A stretch of DNA of 64,000 nt from Bdellovibrionales bacterium (GCA_965261545.1 CBDHDF010000011.1:608001-672000); one strand, 5' to 3'; shown: positions 48,295-58,261, numbered from the stretch's first letter. Program-made: numbers and translations. Notes: generated from the letters alone by a model not told the origin.

Positions 48295-49206
48295 ATGCTT
48301 TTTTCACACCGCTTGCAAGGATGTTTACTTACTGTCTTCCTAACTTTGACTTTAAGCTTTCTGTACCCTTGGTTTTCCGTGGAAGCAGCCACTATTCTTA
48401 AGGTCAAAGGACGCAAGGTACTCATTGACAGAGAGGGCGGTCGTTTTAAGAAGGGCCAGGTTTTGAGAATTGTGTCTAAAAATGGTAGAAAGCGTGGTTC
48501 TTTGAGGATTACAAAACTCACAAAGAAGGGCCGTGCTGTGGGTCGGATTCTTAAGGGAAAAGCTCGTCGAGGCTGGAAGCTAAAGGGCAAGAAATTGCGA
48601 GGCAGTGGTCGTGGTGAGCAGCAGGGTACAATGTCTCAGAGCGGCCCTGATAGGGACAAAAATGTTTCTCATGCCAAGAACCACTGGGGTTTTCTCGCTG
48701 GAATGGGTATGCACTCCATGTCTGCGAAGCAGTACCCTGTGGGGACACCAACAAAAATGGCTTCTATGTCGGGAACAGGTTTTACTCTCAAGGGTCTTTG
48801 GGATTATAAAATATCCAATATGATGGAGCTTCGCACCTTGACTGGTTTGCAGCAGCTTCAAGCTTCTTCTGAGGATTCCTTTTGTGGCATAAATAATAAT
48901 GAGATGTGTGAGGTGAGCATCAGTTATTTTTCCGTGGATATATGGGGTCGATTTGTTTTTTCCTATTCTTTTCGTCCTTGGGTTGGTATGGGCATCAACC
49001 TACTTTACCCCCTTTCCCATGATTCCAGTGCTATCGATAAGGACTCTATTTCTTCTACCAGCGCCATGGTATTTGGGGGAGGTATGGAATGGAACCTAGG
49101 GGGCATGACTATTCCCATTCAAATTCAATATGACATTTATCCATCCTCGGAGGATGTTTCAGCCAGTTCCATTGTAGTTAAAGCAGGGATATTATTTCCT
49201 TTTTAA
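48295..49206 (+). CDS. Outer-membrane beta-barrel protein with a basic N-terminal domain
   Basis: Signal peptide (VEA), alternating beta pattern (RPWVGMG, FGGGMEW) and a C-terminal aromatic residue (ILFPF). Confidence 0.7.
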   Translation: MLFSHRLQGCLLTVFLTLTLSFLYPWFSVEAATILKVKGRKVLIDREGGRFKKGQVLRIVSKNGRKRGSLRITKLTKKGRAVGRILKGKARRGWKLKGKKLRGSGRGEQQGTMSQSGPDRDKNVSHAKNHWGFLAGMGMHSMSAKQYPVGTPTKMASMSGTGFTLKGLWDYKISNMMELRTLTGLQQLQASSEDSFCGINNNEMCEVSISYFSVDIWGRFVFSYSFRPWVGMGINLLYPLSHDSSAIDKDSISSTSAMVFGGGMEWNLGGMTIPIQIQYDIYPSSEDVSASSIVVKAGILFPF

Positions 49207-49453
49207 AAGGTCGTTCTTGCTCACTTATGAGAAAGCACTCTAGGGTCCGCCCTCTTTAAAGATTCACAAATAAAGGCCACGTCTAAGATGCACCATTATC
49301 AAGTGTCGCATTTGGGGTATTTTTTGTCCTTGTTTTGTTAAGTGAATTTACAGGCCCTTGGACTTGGTCAGAATATTTATATTTCCCCCTATTGAGGCTT
49401 TACAATCTTGGCCCCCTATCTGCAATAAGAATATATAGGTAAAGGGGGAAAGC

Positions 49454-50206
49454 ATGGGCAAAGGAGATAAGGCGAGCAAGAAATATATATGCCAAGCTTG
49501 TCAGAAGCCGATCTCTCCAGAAAGGTTTTTTGGGGACACTGTCGCTTGTGATTGCGGTTGGACATTTTCTTTGTCGGCTGAGAAAAAGGGTTTCTCTTTA
49601 GACACGACATCTGTGATTCTTGTGTTGGTGGCTTTTGGTATGATTCTCGGTTTTATTCATGTGTTTCACTGGAGTTCTCATTCCATAAGAATTATTCCTC
49701 TTAAAGCACAGCAAGCTCTGGGTTTGGCGGATGCTCCTCAACTTAGACAGATTGCCTCTATTTGCAAAGAGCGAAAAAATTGGGACTGTGTGATTCGAGC
49801 CCACAGTCAAACCTATGAGAAAGACTCAGGTGAGATTGAAGTTTTGGGTGAACTGGCCAAGCTTTATATGGATTTAGGGAATAAAGAATCGGGTCTTGAC
49901 ACTTATCGGACATATTTTGAGAGTGGGGGAGGAAAGGCAAAGGCTCGCTACGCATATGCCAAGTTGTTGGGGGGGGCGGGAAAACCTCAAGAGGCCATAT
50001 CTCAGTATCAGATTCTTTTGAAGAGCCAAGGAGATAAAGTCCATGCCGGAGTTGTGCGTTCTTATGTACTTATGTTGACAAACCACAAAATGTGGAAGCT
50101 TGCGAAACAAGAGATTGAAAGCTACCGCCAAAAATCACAGTCAGCTGCATTGTTTATGGAGGATGAGTTGAAAAAGATTCAAGGTCACCTCCAAGAGGCT
50201 ATTTAA
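49454..50206 (+). CDS. Zn-ribbon, TM and TPR protein
   Basis: CQAC...CDCG, one TM segment and TPR-like helices. Confidence 0.65.
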   Translation: MGKGDKASKKYICQACQKPISPERFFGDTVACDCGWTFSLSAEKKGFSLDTTSVILVLVAFGMILGFIHVFHWSSHSIRIIPLKAQQALGLADAPQLRQIASICKERKNWDCVIRAHSQTYEKDSGEIEVLGELAKLYMDLGNKESGLDTYRTYFESGGGKAKARYAYAKLLGGAGKPQEAISQYQILLKSQGDKVHAGVVRSYVLMLTNHKMWKLAKQEIESYRQKSQSAALFMEDELKKIQGHLQEAI

Positions 50207-50243
50207 TCAATCGGAGTACTCATTTGGGCCTTTCTGGACAGAA

Positions 50244-50272
50244 ACTAGTTATAATTGGAGGGGAATTCAGGT
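50244..50272 (-). repeat. 30-bp dispersed element, copy C
   Basis: Reverse complement reads ACCTGAATTCCCCTCCAATTATAACTAGT. Confidence 0.8.
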
Positions 50273-50297
50273 TGCTTATCTGTTGTGTTTTCCCAGA

Positions 50298-51185
50298 CTA
50301 ACTTGCTTTTTTAAGGCTCTTCCCAGGGGAGAGTCGATAACCTTTTCCATAGATACTGATGAGGTGGTGGTCTAGGGAGGGAAATATTTTTTTAAGTTTT
50401 GATATATGGGCATCAATGGATCGTGCAGATATTTTTAAATGAGACCAAACATTGGTTTGGAGCCATGACCTTGTGAGTAAGGTGTTGGGATAGGATATAA
50501 AGACTTGGAGGAGGCGGAATTGGGTGGGGGTTGTATGGATGGCTTTGCCAGCAACTTTGACAGTATACTTTTTTGTATCTAAACAAATGTTATTAAAGGA
50601 GAGGAGTTGGCGCTGTCCATGAAAGAGTTTGTTGTGGATTTGGAGATTTTTGGAGTGTTCTTGCCATCGCTCCATTCTTTGCATAATGGCATGTATGCGG
50701 CAGTTTATTTGCCAAGACTCATGTCGCAAGGGAATCAAATCATCGGCACCATAATTGAAACATAATATTTCTTCATGAGGTGTGAGCTTGTGGCCACAAG
50801 CAATGATGCCAAGAAAAAGCTGATGAGGTTGCTTGCGTACACATTCAATAAGCTTTATGGGAAACATACTTAAATCAATCACAAGAATATGAGGGTTCCA
50901 CTCTTGGAGAAGAAAGTGCAGTGCATTTTCTGTATGGGCCTTTTGGACTTCTATATCTATGTTTGCATCCAATGCACTTAAGCTTGTGTTTAAATTTGTG
51001 GGTGGGGAGAAGCCTTTTTTGCTAGGGTGTATGGGACGAAGTAGTGAAGTTTGTTGATGGGGAGAGGGTGGGGTGGGGAGGGAGTACTGTTGTTTGGATA
51101 TGGGGAGGGTGAAGTCATTTTTTTGGGGAGAGGAGTGAGAACACTCTTTGAGAGTTGTAAGAACTTTGATTGATATAATTGACAT
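50298..51185 (-). CDS. OmpR-family response regulator with an atypical, Pro/Ser-rich-extended receiver domain
   Basis: ILVID, GADD and winged helix TPTQFRLL...RSIDAHISKLKK...GKGY. Confidence 0.82.
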   Translation of the reverse strand: MSIISIKVLTTLKECSHSSPQKNDFTLPISKQQYSLPTPPSPHQQTSLLRPIHPSKKGFSPPTNLNTSLSALDANIDIEVQKAHTENALHFLLQEWNPHILVIDLSMFPIKLIECVRKQPHQLFLGIIACGHKLTPHEEILCFNYGADDLIPLRHESWQINCRIHAIMQRMERWQEHSKNLQIHNKLFHGQRQLLSFNNICLDTKKYTVKVAGKAIHTTPTQFRLLQVFISYPNTLLTRSWLQTNVWSHLKISARSIDAHISKLKKIFPSLDHHLISIYGKGYRLSPGKSLKKAS

Positions 51186-51195
51186 ACTAAAATAG

Positions 51196-51744
51196 TCATC
51201 GGTTGCATTTCTTCAAAACATGAGAGTGTGAGAAGTGCTTCGATGAACCGCTATCACAGTTATCACACAGGCCATAAAGTTCAAGCACATGATGAGTGAG
51301 TCGAAAGTGATGCTGTTTGGCCACCTGCTCTTGCAGGGCCTCGATTTGAGTATTTTCAAACTCAACAATTTTATGACATTGTGTGCATGTCATATGGTCA
51401 TGGTGTTGGTGGGTCTTAAGCTCGTAGCGAGCGGGGAGGCCGCCAATTCTTAACTCTGTGACAACTTCTTGTTCTGTCAATTTGCGTAAAAATCGATACA
51501 CTGTGGCAAAGCCGATATCAGGATACTTTTTATGAACAACCTCGAAGGATTCTTGGGCTGTGACATGGACTCTTCCGCTGGCAAAACTTCCAAGAATGGC
51601 CAAGCGTTGCCAAGTAATCTTAAGTCCCATTCTTCGGATAATACGCTTAAAAGCCTCCTCATCAAGTTTTTTACGACCAATAAGGTTTTCTTCAACGCTT
51701 TGTTTCCCTGCAATCAGAATAGGGTGTTGTTTTTTGCCAGCCAT
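51196..51744 (-). CDS. fur: Fur-family transcriptional regulator
   Basis: TWQRLAIL, GFATVYR, HHDHMTCTQC and GLCDNC. Confidence 0.88.
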   Translation of the reverse strand: MAGKKQHPILIAGKQSVEENLIGRKKLDEEAFKRIIRRMGLKITWQRLAILGSFASGRVHVTAQESFEVVHKKYPDIGFATVYRFLRKLTEQEVVTELRIGGLPARYELKTHQHHDHMTCTQCHKIVEFENTQIEALQEQVAKQHHFRLTHHVLELYGLCDNCDSGSSKHFSHSHVLKKCNR

Positions 51745-51789
51745 CTATAAATGAGATTAGTTCTTATTTACTTTTTAATCAAGTTGATC

Positions 51790-52434
51790 TTATTTTTTCA
51801 TGGCCACGGTCATGCCTTCCCAAGTGGGAATCATAACGGCTTCGTATTTTTTGTGGTTGGATAAATATTGATTGAATTGTTGTATGGCCTTCAGTTGTTT
51901 TTGAGACACTTGGCTTTGCCCCTCCCCAATGAGGTGACCGAAGAGAAGGGTATTATCGCCGACAATGAAGCCCCCTGGACGAATATGTTCATCCGCCCAG
52001 CGCAAGTATGTCATGTATCCCGCCTTATCGGCGTCAATAAAGATCATGTCGTACATGCCGTGGAGTTGGGAAAGGAGGTCTGGGGCCTCTCCCAAAAGGA
52101 GTTCTATGCGATTCCACTGGGGGGTGGGTTCCAGTAGCTTCTGGGCTTTTTGGTGATGTTCTGGATTTTTCTCAAGGGAGATAATTTTTCCACCCTTGGG
52201 GAGAGCTTGGGCCATCCACAAAGTGGAGTATCCATAAAGGGTTCCCACTTCAATGATGTCTTTGGCCTGGAGGACTTGAATCCAAAAACTGAGGAGCCGC
52301 CCTTCATAGGGAGAGATGTGGATTCCCTGCTTATCATTCTTAGCAAGAGCTTCTTTGATTTTTAACAAGTGGAAGCTTTCTTGAGCAAAGGTTTTGTTGA
52401 TATACTGATCTCTTAGAGAGAATTTGTGGCGCAT
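51790..52434 (-). CDS. Class I SAM-dependent O-methyltransferase
   Basis: EVGTLYGYSTLW, FIDADK and GDN. Confidence 0.9.
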   Translation of the reverse strand: MRHKFSLRDQYINKTFAQESFHLLKIKEALAKNDKQGIHISPYEGRLLSFWIQVLQAKDIIEVGTLYGYSTLWMAQALPKGGKIISLEKNPEHHQKAQKLLEPTPQWNRIELLLGEAPDLLSQLHGMYDMIFIDADKAGYMTYLRWADEHIRPGGFIVGDNTLLFGHLIGEGQSQVSQKQLKAIQQFNQYLSNHKKYEAVMIPTWEGMTVAMKK

Positions 52435-52461
52435 AAATAAAACAAATTCCTTAGAGGAGTT

Positions 52462-52491
52462 ACCTGAATTCCCCTCCAGTTATAACTAGGT
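52462..52491 (+). repeat. 30-bp dispersed element, copy D
   Basis: ACCTGAATTCCCCTCCAGTTATAACTAGGT. Confidence 0.85.
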
Positions 52492-52563
52492 TTCAAGACT
52501 AAAGTCCCGAGAAATCCAGGACTAAAGGCGTTCATGTGTGAATAGTAATGGTCTCCTGAGTTT

Positions 52564-55377
52564 TCATAGTTGTTTGTGCTCTGGCCAGAGTTCTGTCCAG
52601 TGCATCATTGGATTGGTATGTTGTTGAAACTCCTGTTGAACCTCTTTGTCCATGCTGATTGTGACTTGCTCAAGAGCGGTTTCAGCCAGAGCCTTCCCAC
52701 AGGCTCTCACAATGGCTTCACTATCGATATCGTGGTATTTGTAGACGTCTTTGGGGCGTCCACAGCGGGAGTGTTTGCGTACGGCGAGGGCCTCCTGTTT
52801 TACTCCCACAATGGAGCCAATATTATCGAGTAAGCCAGGCTCTCCATCGTGAACACTCACAATGGGCACTCGGCGACCGGCAAAGGTGGCGACCTCCGAG
52901 GCGTGGAGAGCTCCGTTGAGTTGGGGTTGTAAATAAAGATGGGAGTTGATGTTTAATTCTTCTTTGAGGTAACGGAAATCATTAGCTGCACCTAGATTTC
53001 CCACGAGAAGGTCTGGGCTTGTCACAATGATAACATTGGCGTAGATACCTCGTGTTAAGAGTTCGTCCGAAGCTTTGAGGGCCTCTGTTCCCATACTTCC
53101 CATGGCAAATATATGGACAACATTGTCTCCCGGTTCATAACCCACATAGCCCTCGTAGCGAATGAGATCATAAGCCCCAGATAAAACTTCTTTGCGCCAC
53201 TGAGATAGGATGTTTGTCTCTGGCCATGGAGTCATTTGGGATTCATCCGTCGTATTATATTTTCTTTGAGCCTTGAGGCGTTTCAAAAGATCTTTTTGCT
53301 CCACTCCGCGGGTTACGCCTCGAATAAAAACTCCATTGCGATTGTGATTGTCGTTCATAATGTGACGCTTGATGGAATCACAGAGAATCCAATCGAGTTC
53401 TTGGCAGTAAAAGGGCTCCCAAGTAATTTGATTGGGAATTTGAATATCTGATTTCCAACCGTGTTGAGCTCCTTCAGGGGAAAGAGTGACCCCCGATGGA
53501 GTTCCCACGAGAATAAAACTTGAACCCCAGTAAAGATTATAAAAGTATTGATCCAGGGCTCGTTTGACAAAGAAATCATAAACGGTCATGAGAGGGAGCA
53601 GGGGAATTCCCAGCACATCCCGGAGCTTTCCATAGGAGCCCATGCAGGACATGACATTGGCTTCGGCAATGTCAAAGCGAATAAAGCGATGGCTTTGGCT
53701 TTCACGGGGAACAAGGTCAGGCATCTTTTTATCTTTGACGTCGAGTTTTGCCTCAATGTCATCAGTGACATGGGAGCCAAAAATTTTGCCATCCATGGTG
53801 GGATTGAGGTTCGTGCTTGTTCCTACGTCAGGGGCCATAGCGACCATGAGTTCCCCAGAAAGTTTCCAAGACTTTTCAAAGTCATTAAGGGGCTTTTGTT
53901 TTTCAGCGAGTTGAGATTCCTCTAAGGGTGTGTTGGCAATACGAGTTAATTTCGAGGTTAGCTGCCCCAGCATCCATTGAGTGTGAGGATAGCTTGCCAT
54001 CTTTAAATTGACATGAAGTGTTTCGGGGATATCCCCAAAATTGGTGGCTTGAGATAAAAACTTTTTTTGGTTTCTTTCTTTCATACGATGTTGCTCTAGA
54101 ATTTCTTTATAGAGCTGTTGACCACGCTTGTGAAGAAACGTCCCCTCCTTGGAGGATTTTGAGAATCGTCCAAAAGGCTCTGTCAAACCTTGTTTATCAC
54201 GAAGTTGGTTCATCTCCTTCTCACTGGGCAAAGAAGAATGATTGCCCGAAGCCGCCGCCATTTCAAGCCCCCAGCCCTTGATGGTGTGAACGATGATAAA
54301 GCAGGGTCTTTTCTGGTTTTTCTTTGACTGCTCCATGGCCTCCACAAGGCTTTGAATATCGTGTCCCCCCATATCGTGGATGGCTTTTTGGAAGTCTGTA
54401 TCGCTGATAGAATTTAAGAATTTATTTAATTTTTTAAATTTATTTTTAACATGGGTCTTCAGTTTTTCGGGGGAGTTTACAAGAAGAAGGGACTGGAGTT
54501 CGTAGTCAGTGAGTTCTTTTTCCAACCAATTTTGAAAGGCGACTCCCTCTTTTTGAGAAAATAAAGCTTGTCTCCACTGACCATGGCGAACTTGAATGAC
54601 ATCCCAGCCGTTGGCTTCCATGGTTTTTTGAATGCGAATGTCATCGTTACCACTCATAATTTCGGGGTGGGTAATGCGGTGACCATCTAAACTTTGGCGA
54701 TTGTAGTCAATGATCCAAGTGAGATTTCCAAGTTCTCTTTCGGCAAAATCGGGAATGGCTTCAAACAGAGAGCCCTCCCGAAACTCTGCATCTCCCATCA
54801 CAGCCCAAAAATGGGCCGTCCCTGGAACTTCATATCCATGGTTTTTGGCATAGCGGTAGGCATGGGCCAAATACCCTGCCTGCACAGGGGGAATCCCCAC
54901 CGTGCCCGAGGGAAAGAAATTATGGTGATCGGGATCGTAGGACGAATGGTAAGATTGAAAAACGTACTCACCACTCTGGGGAAAGGCCCTCAATCCGGAC
55001 ATGGCTTGGTGGGCCTCTTCAAGGCTGAGTTTGGATAAATCCTGTTTTAAAAAAAGGTTAAGGAGGTAGTTATAGGCGTGATCCGTGGGTGAAGCATGGG
55101 GTTTATTGGCCAAATGATCAAAACCTGTCTTACAAAATAGGTGAAGGGCACCCATAATGTGGAGGGTGCTGGTGGATCCCGCAGAGTGTCCCCCCACCTT
55201 GGGGTCTCCTTTTTCTTTGTCTTTGCGATGGTTGGCCATATAAATCATTTGGTTGATAAGGTAGTGAGTTCGCTGAACAATGGAGTCTATGATAGAGTGG
55301 TTTATAGAATGGGTTATAGAAGGGTCAGTGGAAGAGTTTGTGGCAAAAATATCCGTTGGGTCCATTTGATTTCTCAT
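52564..55377 (-). CDS. aceE: Pyruvate dehydrogenase E1 (AceE-type, transketolase fold)
   Basis: KVGGH, KPHASP, GDAEFREG (TPP binding), DYNRQSLD, HTIKGWG and PEGAQH. Confidence 0.85.
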   Translation of the reverse strand: MRNQMDPTDIFATNSSTDPSITHSINHSIIDSIVQRTHYLINQMIYMANHRKDKEKGDPKVGGHSAGSTSTLHIMGALHLFCKTGFDHLANKPHASPTDHAYNYLLNLFLKQDLSKLSLEEAHQAMSGLRAFPQSGEYVFQSYHSSYDPDHHNFFPSGTVGIPPVQAGYLAHAYRYAKNHGYEVPGTAHFWAVMGDAEFREGSLFEAIPDFAERELGNLTWIIDYNRQSLDGHRITHPEIMSGNDDIRIQKTMEANGWDVIQVRHGQWRQALFSQKEGVAFQNWLEKELTDYELQSLLLVNSPEKLKTHVKNKFKKLNKFLNSISDTDFQKAIHDMGGHDIQSLVEAMEQSKKNQKRPCFIIVHTIKGWGLEMAAASGNHSSLPSEKEMNQLRDKQGLTEPFGRFSKSSKEGTFLHKRGQQLYKEILEQHRMKERNQKKFLSQATNFGDIPETLHVNLKMASYPHTQWMLGQLTSKLTRIANTPLEESQLAEKQKPLNDFEKSWKLSGELMVAMAPDVGTSTNLNPTMDGKIFGSHVTDDIEAKLDVKDKKMPDLVPRESQSHRFIRFDIAEANVMSCMGSYGKLRDVLGIPLLPLMTVYDFFVKRALDQYFYNLYWGSSFILVGTPSGVTLSPEGAQHGWKSDIQIPNQITWEPFYCQELDWILCDSIKRHIMNDNHNRNGVFIRGVTRGVEQKDLLKRLKAQRKYNTTDESQMTPWPETNILSQWRKEVLSGAYDLIRYEGYVGYEPGDNVVHIFAMGSMGTEALKASDELLTRGIYANVIIVTSPDLLVGNLGAANDFRYLKEELNINSHLYLQPQLNGALHASEVATFAGRRVPIVSVHDGEPGLLDNIGSIVGVKQEALAVRKHSRCGRPKDVYKYHDIDSEAIVRACGKALAETALEQVTISMDKEVQQEFQQHTNPMMHWTELWPEHKQL

Positions 55378-55484
55378 GTGTGATTCTCCAAAAGTTTAGA
55401 TTTACTAATTTAATATAGATGTAAATATTTTATTCAATTACTTACTTAGTTTTACTTAACTTTACTCTTATTCAAGTGTTTTAT

Positions 55485-56153
55485 TTAAATAAAATTGAGC
55501 GGGGTTATGCCGTCTTGAGTATTTTCACAGTAATAGCCTCCACGCCTGATAAAGCTGCCATGGGGTAGAAGCTGAACATTTTTGTTGGGGGGGGCATCCC
55601 CCTTTACGTAGATGAAAGGTAGAAAGTGTCCCTTGGGGCAATGTTTGCGTAGAAGCTTGTAGCGAATTCTGAATTCAGGCAAGGCAGGGTTGGTAAATTT
55701 GGTCTGTATTTCAAGGGCCTTCTCACAGACAATCATTTGATTCGAGCGAACTTTGCGCTGAACTTTGAGAACATCTTGTGGATCTGACTTGTAACGACGG
55801 CCTGGAAAGACGCATATCACATGAACAGTTTCATCGAAGTAGGAACCTTCTCCATCGGGGTAAGCACTTGAAAGACCATTGTAAAAGGCCATGGATCCTA
55901 CACGGGGGCCGTTTCTTCGATTTGAAGCACGAATGTCTTCTCCCTTGTCAAAGTTGATATCGTAGGTTTTACTGGCATGATCGTAGATATGGATGGTTGT
56001 TTGAGTGGCTGTTTGTGTGGTGACTGAGGTGGTCGTTTGGGGAGTTGCTTGCGTTGCGGAGACATTGAGTATGCCAATGCCAATGTTTATGCAGGATAAA
56101 AGTAGAGTGGCGAGTAAAGTTCTTATCATTTTTTTTATTTTTATAAGCTTCAT
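55485..56153 (-). CDS. Hypothetical secreted protein with a Thr/Gln-rich linker
   Basis: Signal peptide, TQ repeat and four Cys in the mature part. Confidence 0.6.
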   Translation of the reverse strand: MKLIKIKKMIRTLLATLLLSCINIGIGILNVSATQATPQTTTSVTTQTATQTTIHIYDHASKTYDINFDKGEDIRASNRRNGPRVGSMAFYNGLSSAYPDGEGSYFDETVHVICVFPGRRYKSDPQDVLKVQRKVRSNQMIVCEKALEIQTKFTNPALPEFRIRYKLLRKHCPKGHFLPFIYVKGDAPPNKNVQLLPHGSFIRRGGYYCENTQDGITPLNFI

Positions 56154-56179
56154 AGTATTTTATATTATACCTCATTTTA

Positions 56180-57322
56180 TTATACCTCCAAGATAAAGTC
56201 CCATCGAATTCTGATTTTACCATCTTTTTCAACAATACCTTTGGGTGGGTTGGGGAATGGTTCTGCGGCCCGAAAAGCTTCCACTGCGGCACTGTCGAGG
56301 TCGCGCCAACTGCTTTTTTCAAGCACTTGAACTTTTTCAAGCTGTCCTTGATGATTGAGAACGATCATCACTTTTGTAATGTGATTTTGAGTGGAGGCAA
56401 TCCTCCTGCCCTGGCGAAAGAGGTGCCTGACTTTTTGCTCAATGGCGGGTTCCCAAAGAAACTGAATTTTATTGCGAATTCTTTGGTAGTAGGTATAAAA
56501 GGCAAACTCACGGGTGTTTAAAAGAGTTTGAAGGCCCTTCTCTTTGTCTTTCAAATAGTCTCGGCTCGCACTCTCACGCCCAGATTTTCCTTTCTGGATA
56601 AGGGGCTGGTCAGAAGACTCAGCATTAGCACTTGGAGTGGGTGGAGGTGTTGAAGGAGGAGAGGTCTTATGAGCTTGAAGATTCACTTTTGGCAAAAGGT
56701 CTTTGAGGGATGGAGGAGGTGAAGTCACTGTGGGAAGATCATTGGCCTGAAGGCTAAGGCGATTGCTATTCTTAAGGGGGGGGGGTGGTTGGGGCTTTGT
56801 AACGGTAGGCTTTTGGGTGGATGTTTCGGGCGTTGTCGTTATGTGGGGAGGCTGCGGGGGGGGCGTCGTTGGGGTAGATTTTTGGGGTACTTCTTTGGCA
56901 ACTCTTGGGGGGGCGGGGCTTGGGTTTTGTTTTTTAGGGGGTGGGGGAGATTGACTTCGTGTATTGTTTGAAACTCCTTTTCCAGCCTCATTGTTAAAAT
57001 CACCAACTTTTTCCGCACGAGTTTCTTTTTCAACACTTTGATTTTCAGCACTGAGATACTTGGCCTCTTTGGGTTTCCTTTTGTCCTTTGAATTGATTTG
57101 CTCCACGACTTGCCGGACTTTTTTCTTGGGGAGAGGAGCAAGAGAAGGTGGAGGGTCGAGAACTAAAATTTCTATATTTTCTTCCTGGATTTTGGTCGTA
57201 GTCGATGTATGAAATGGTCGTTTGAAGTGAGAAAAAGAGAGCAAAACGCCCCAAAGTAGACTATGAGCCAACATGGAGCTAATAAGAGCTATGGCGAGAG
57301 GTTTGGAGTATTTCTTAAGCAC
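56180..57322 (-). CDS. tonB: TonB-family energy transducer
   Basis: TM segment with SxxAH, Pro-rich linker and C-terminal LDSAAVEAFRAAEPFPNPP. Confidence 0.82.
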   Translation of the reverse strand: MLKKYSKPLAIALISSMLAHSLLWGVLLSFSHFKRPFHTSTTTKIQEENIEILVLDPPPSLAPLPKKKVRQVVEQINSKDKRKPKEAKYLSAENQSVEKETRAEKVGDFNNEAGKGVSNNTRSQSPPPPKKQNPSPAPPRVAKEVPQKSTPTTPPPQPPHITTTPETSTQKPTVTKPQPPPPLKNSNRLSLQANDLPTVTSPPPSLKDLLPKVNLQAHKTSPPSTPPPTPSANAESSDQPLIQKGKSGRESASRDYLKDKEKGLQTLLNTREFAFYTYYQRIRNKIQFLWEPAIEQKVRHLFRQGRRIASTQNHITKVMIVLNHQGQLEKVQVLEKSSWRDLDSAAVEAFRAAEPFPNPPKGIVEKDGKIRIRWDFILEV

Positions 57323-57395
57323 AATGGCTTATCGGTTGTTTGGCGGGGGGTTTTGAGTCATAGCTGTGAGAAATTTGGGTCTAGGGAGACGCTTA

Positions 57396-57424
57396 TTGAC
57401 GTAAATCAAGGAAGTGCTTACAAT
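57396..57424 (+). promoter_or_regulatory. Sigma70 promoter of the phosphatase-M23-truA operon
   Basis: TTGACG-17 nt-TACAAT, 20 bp upstream of the ATG. Confidence 0.6.
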
Positions 57425-57444
57425 CACTAAATGCAGGTAAAAGA

Positions 57445-58170
57445 ATGCAGGTAGAAGCTTGGGCAAAAACAGATGTTGGTTTACGTCGGGAGAGCAACCA
57501 AGATAGTATTTTGGTGGAAAAGGACATTGGCTTATTTATTGTCGCTGATGGCATGGGTGGTCATAAAGGCGGAGAAGTTGCCTCAGCTATAGCCGTAGAG
57601 GTCATTTATGAGATGGTTCTTGAGGAAACCAAAAAGAAAAAGCCTGTTTCCCCCTATTTCTTTTTGTCTAAAGCCTACGAAGAGGCTTCTATGAGAATCC
57701 ATAACACAAGTGCTTTTGAAAAGCCGGAACTAAAGGGTATGGGGACAACCTTGGTCACAGGACTGATTTGGGGTCGCTCTGTTTATATCGCCAATGTGGG
57801 AGATTCCCGCACCTACCTTTTTCGAAATCCCTACCTTTGGCAGCTGACAGAAGACCATTCGTTGGTGTACGAGCAGCAAAAGGCTGGGTTCATCCAACAA
57901 GACTCAGAAAATATAATGGGAAAAAATGTAATAACACGAAGTGTCGGATTTGAAAAAGATATCTTGGTGGATATCCTAGAGAGGAAAACTCAAGCGGGAG
58001 AGTCGTTTTTAATGTGCTCCGATGGGCTTACAGGCATGGTTTCTGATAGTGGGATTGCAAAAATACTTCAAGAGAATGCCTCTCAAGAAGCTGTTTCCCT
58101 TTGTGTGGATGAAGCCAAAAAAAATGGCGGAGATGATAATATTTCTGTGATTATTTTTTCTTTAAAATGA
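57445..58170 (+). CDS. Stp1/PrpC-type PP2C Ser/Thr phosphatase
   Basis: TDVGLRRESNQD, VADGMGGH, NVGDSR, CSDGL and GGDDNIS. Confidence 0.93.
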   Translation: MQVEAWAKTDVGLRRESNQDSILVEKDIGLFIVADGMGGHKGGEVASAIAVEVIYEMVLEETKKKKPVSPYFFLSKAYEEASMRIHNTSAFEKPELKGMGTTLVTGLIWGRSVYIANVGDSRTYLFRNPYLWQLTEDHSLVYEQQKAGFIQQDSENIMGKNVITRSVGFEKDILVDILERKTQAGESFLMCSDGLTGMVSDSGIAKILQENASQEAVSLCVDEAKKNGGDDNISVIIFSLK

Positions 58171-58261
58171 ATGATAAATGATAACGAATGATAGTATATG
58201 ATATAGATATATAGGTATAGATACGTTATTTTATAACAATGAGAAATAAAGGTGAATCATT

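Noticed and set aside
25530..52491. 30-bp element as a CRISPR repeat or integron attC site
   Set aside because: Copies are isolated and kilobases apart, with no spacers or cas genes. The element is too short for attC, lacks L boxes, and no integron integrase is present.
56600..56960. G-rich tracts as a special DNA element
   Set aside because: They are explained by Pro codons of the TonB linker on the minus strand.
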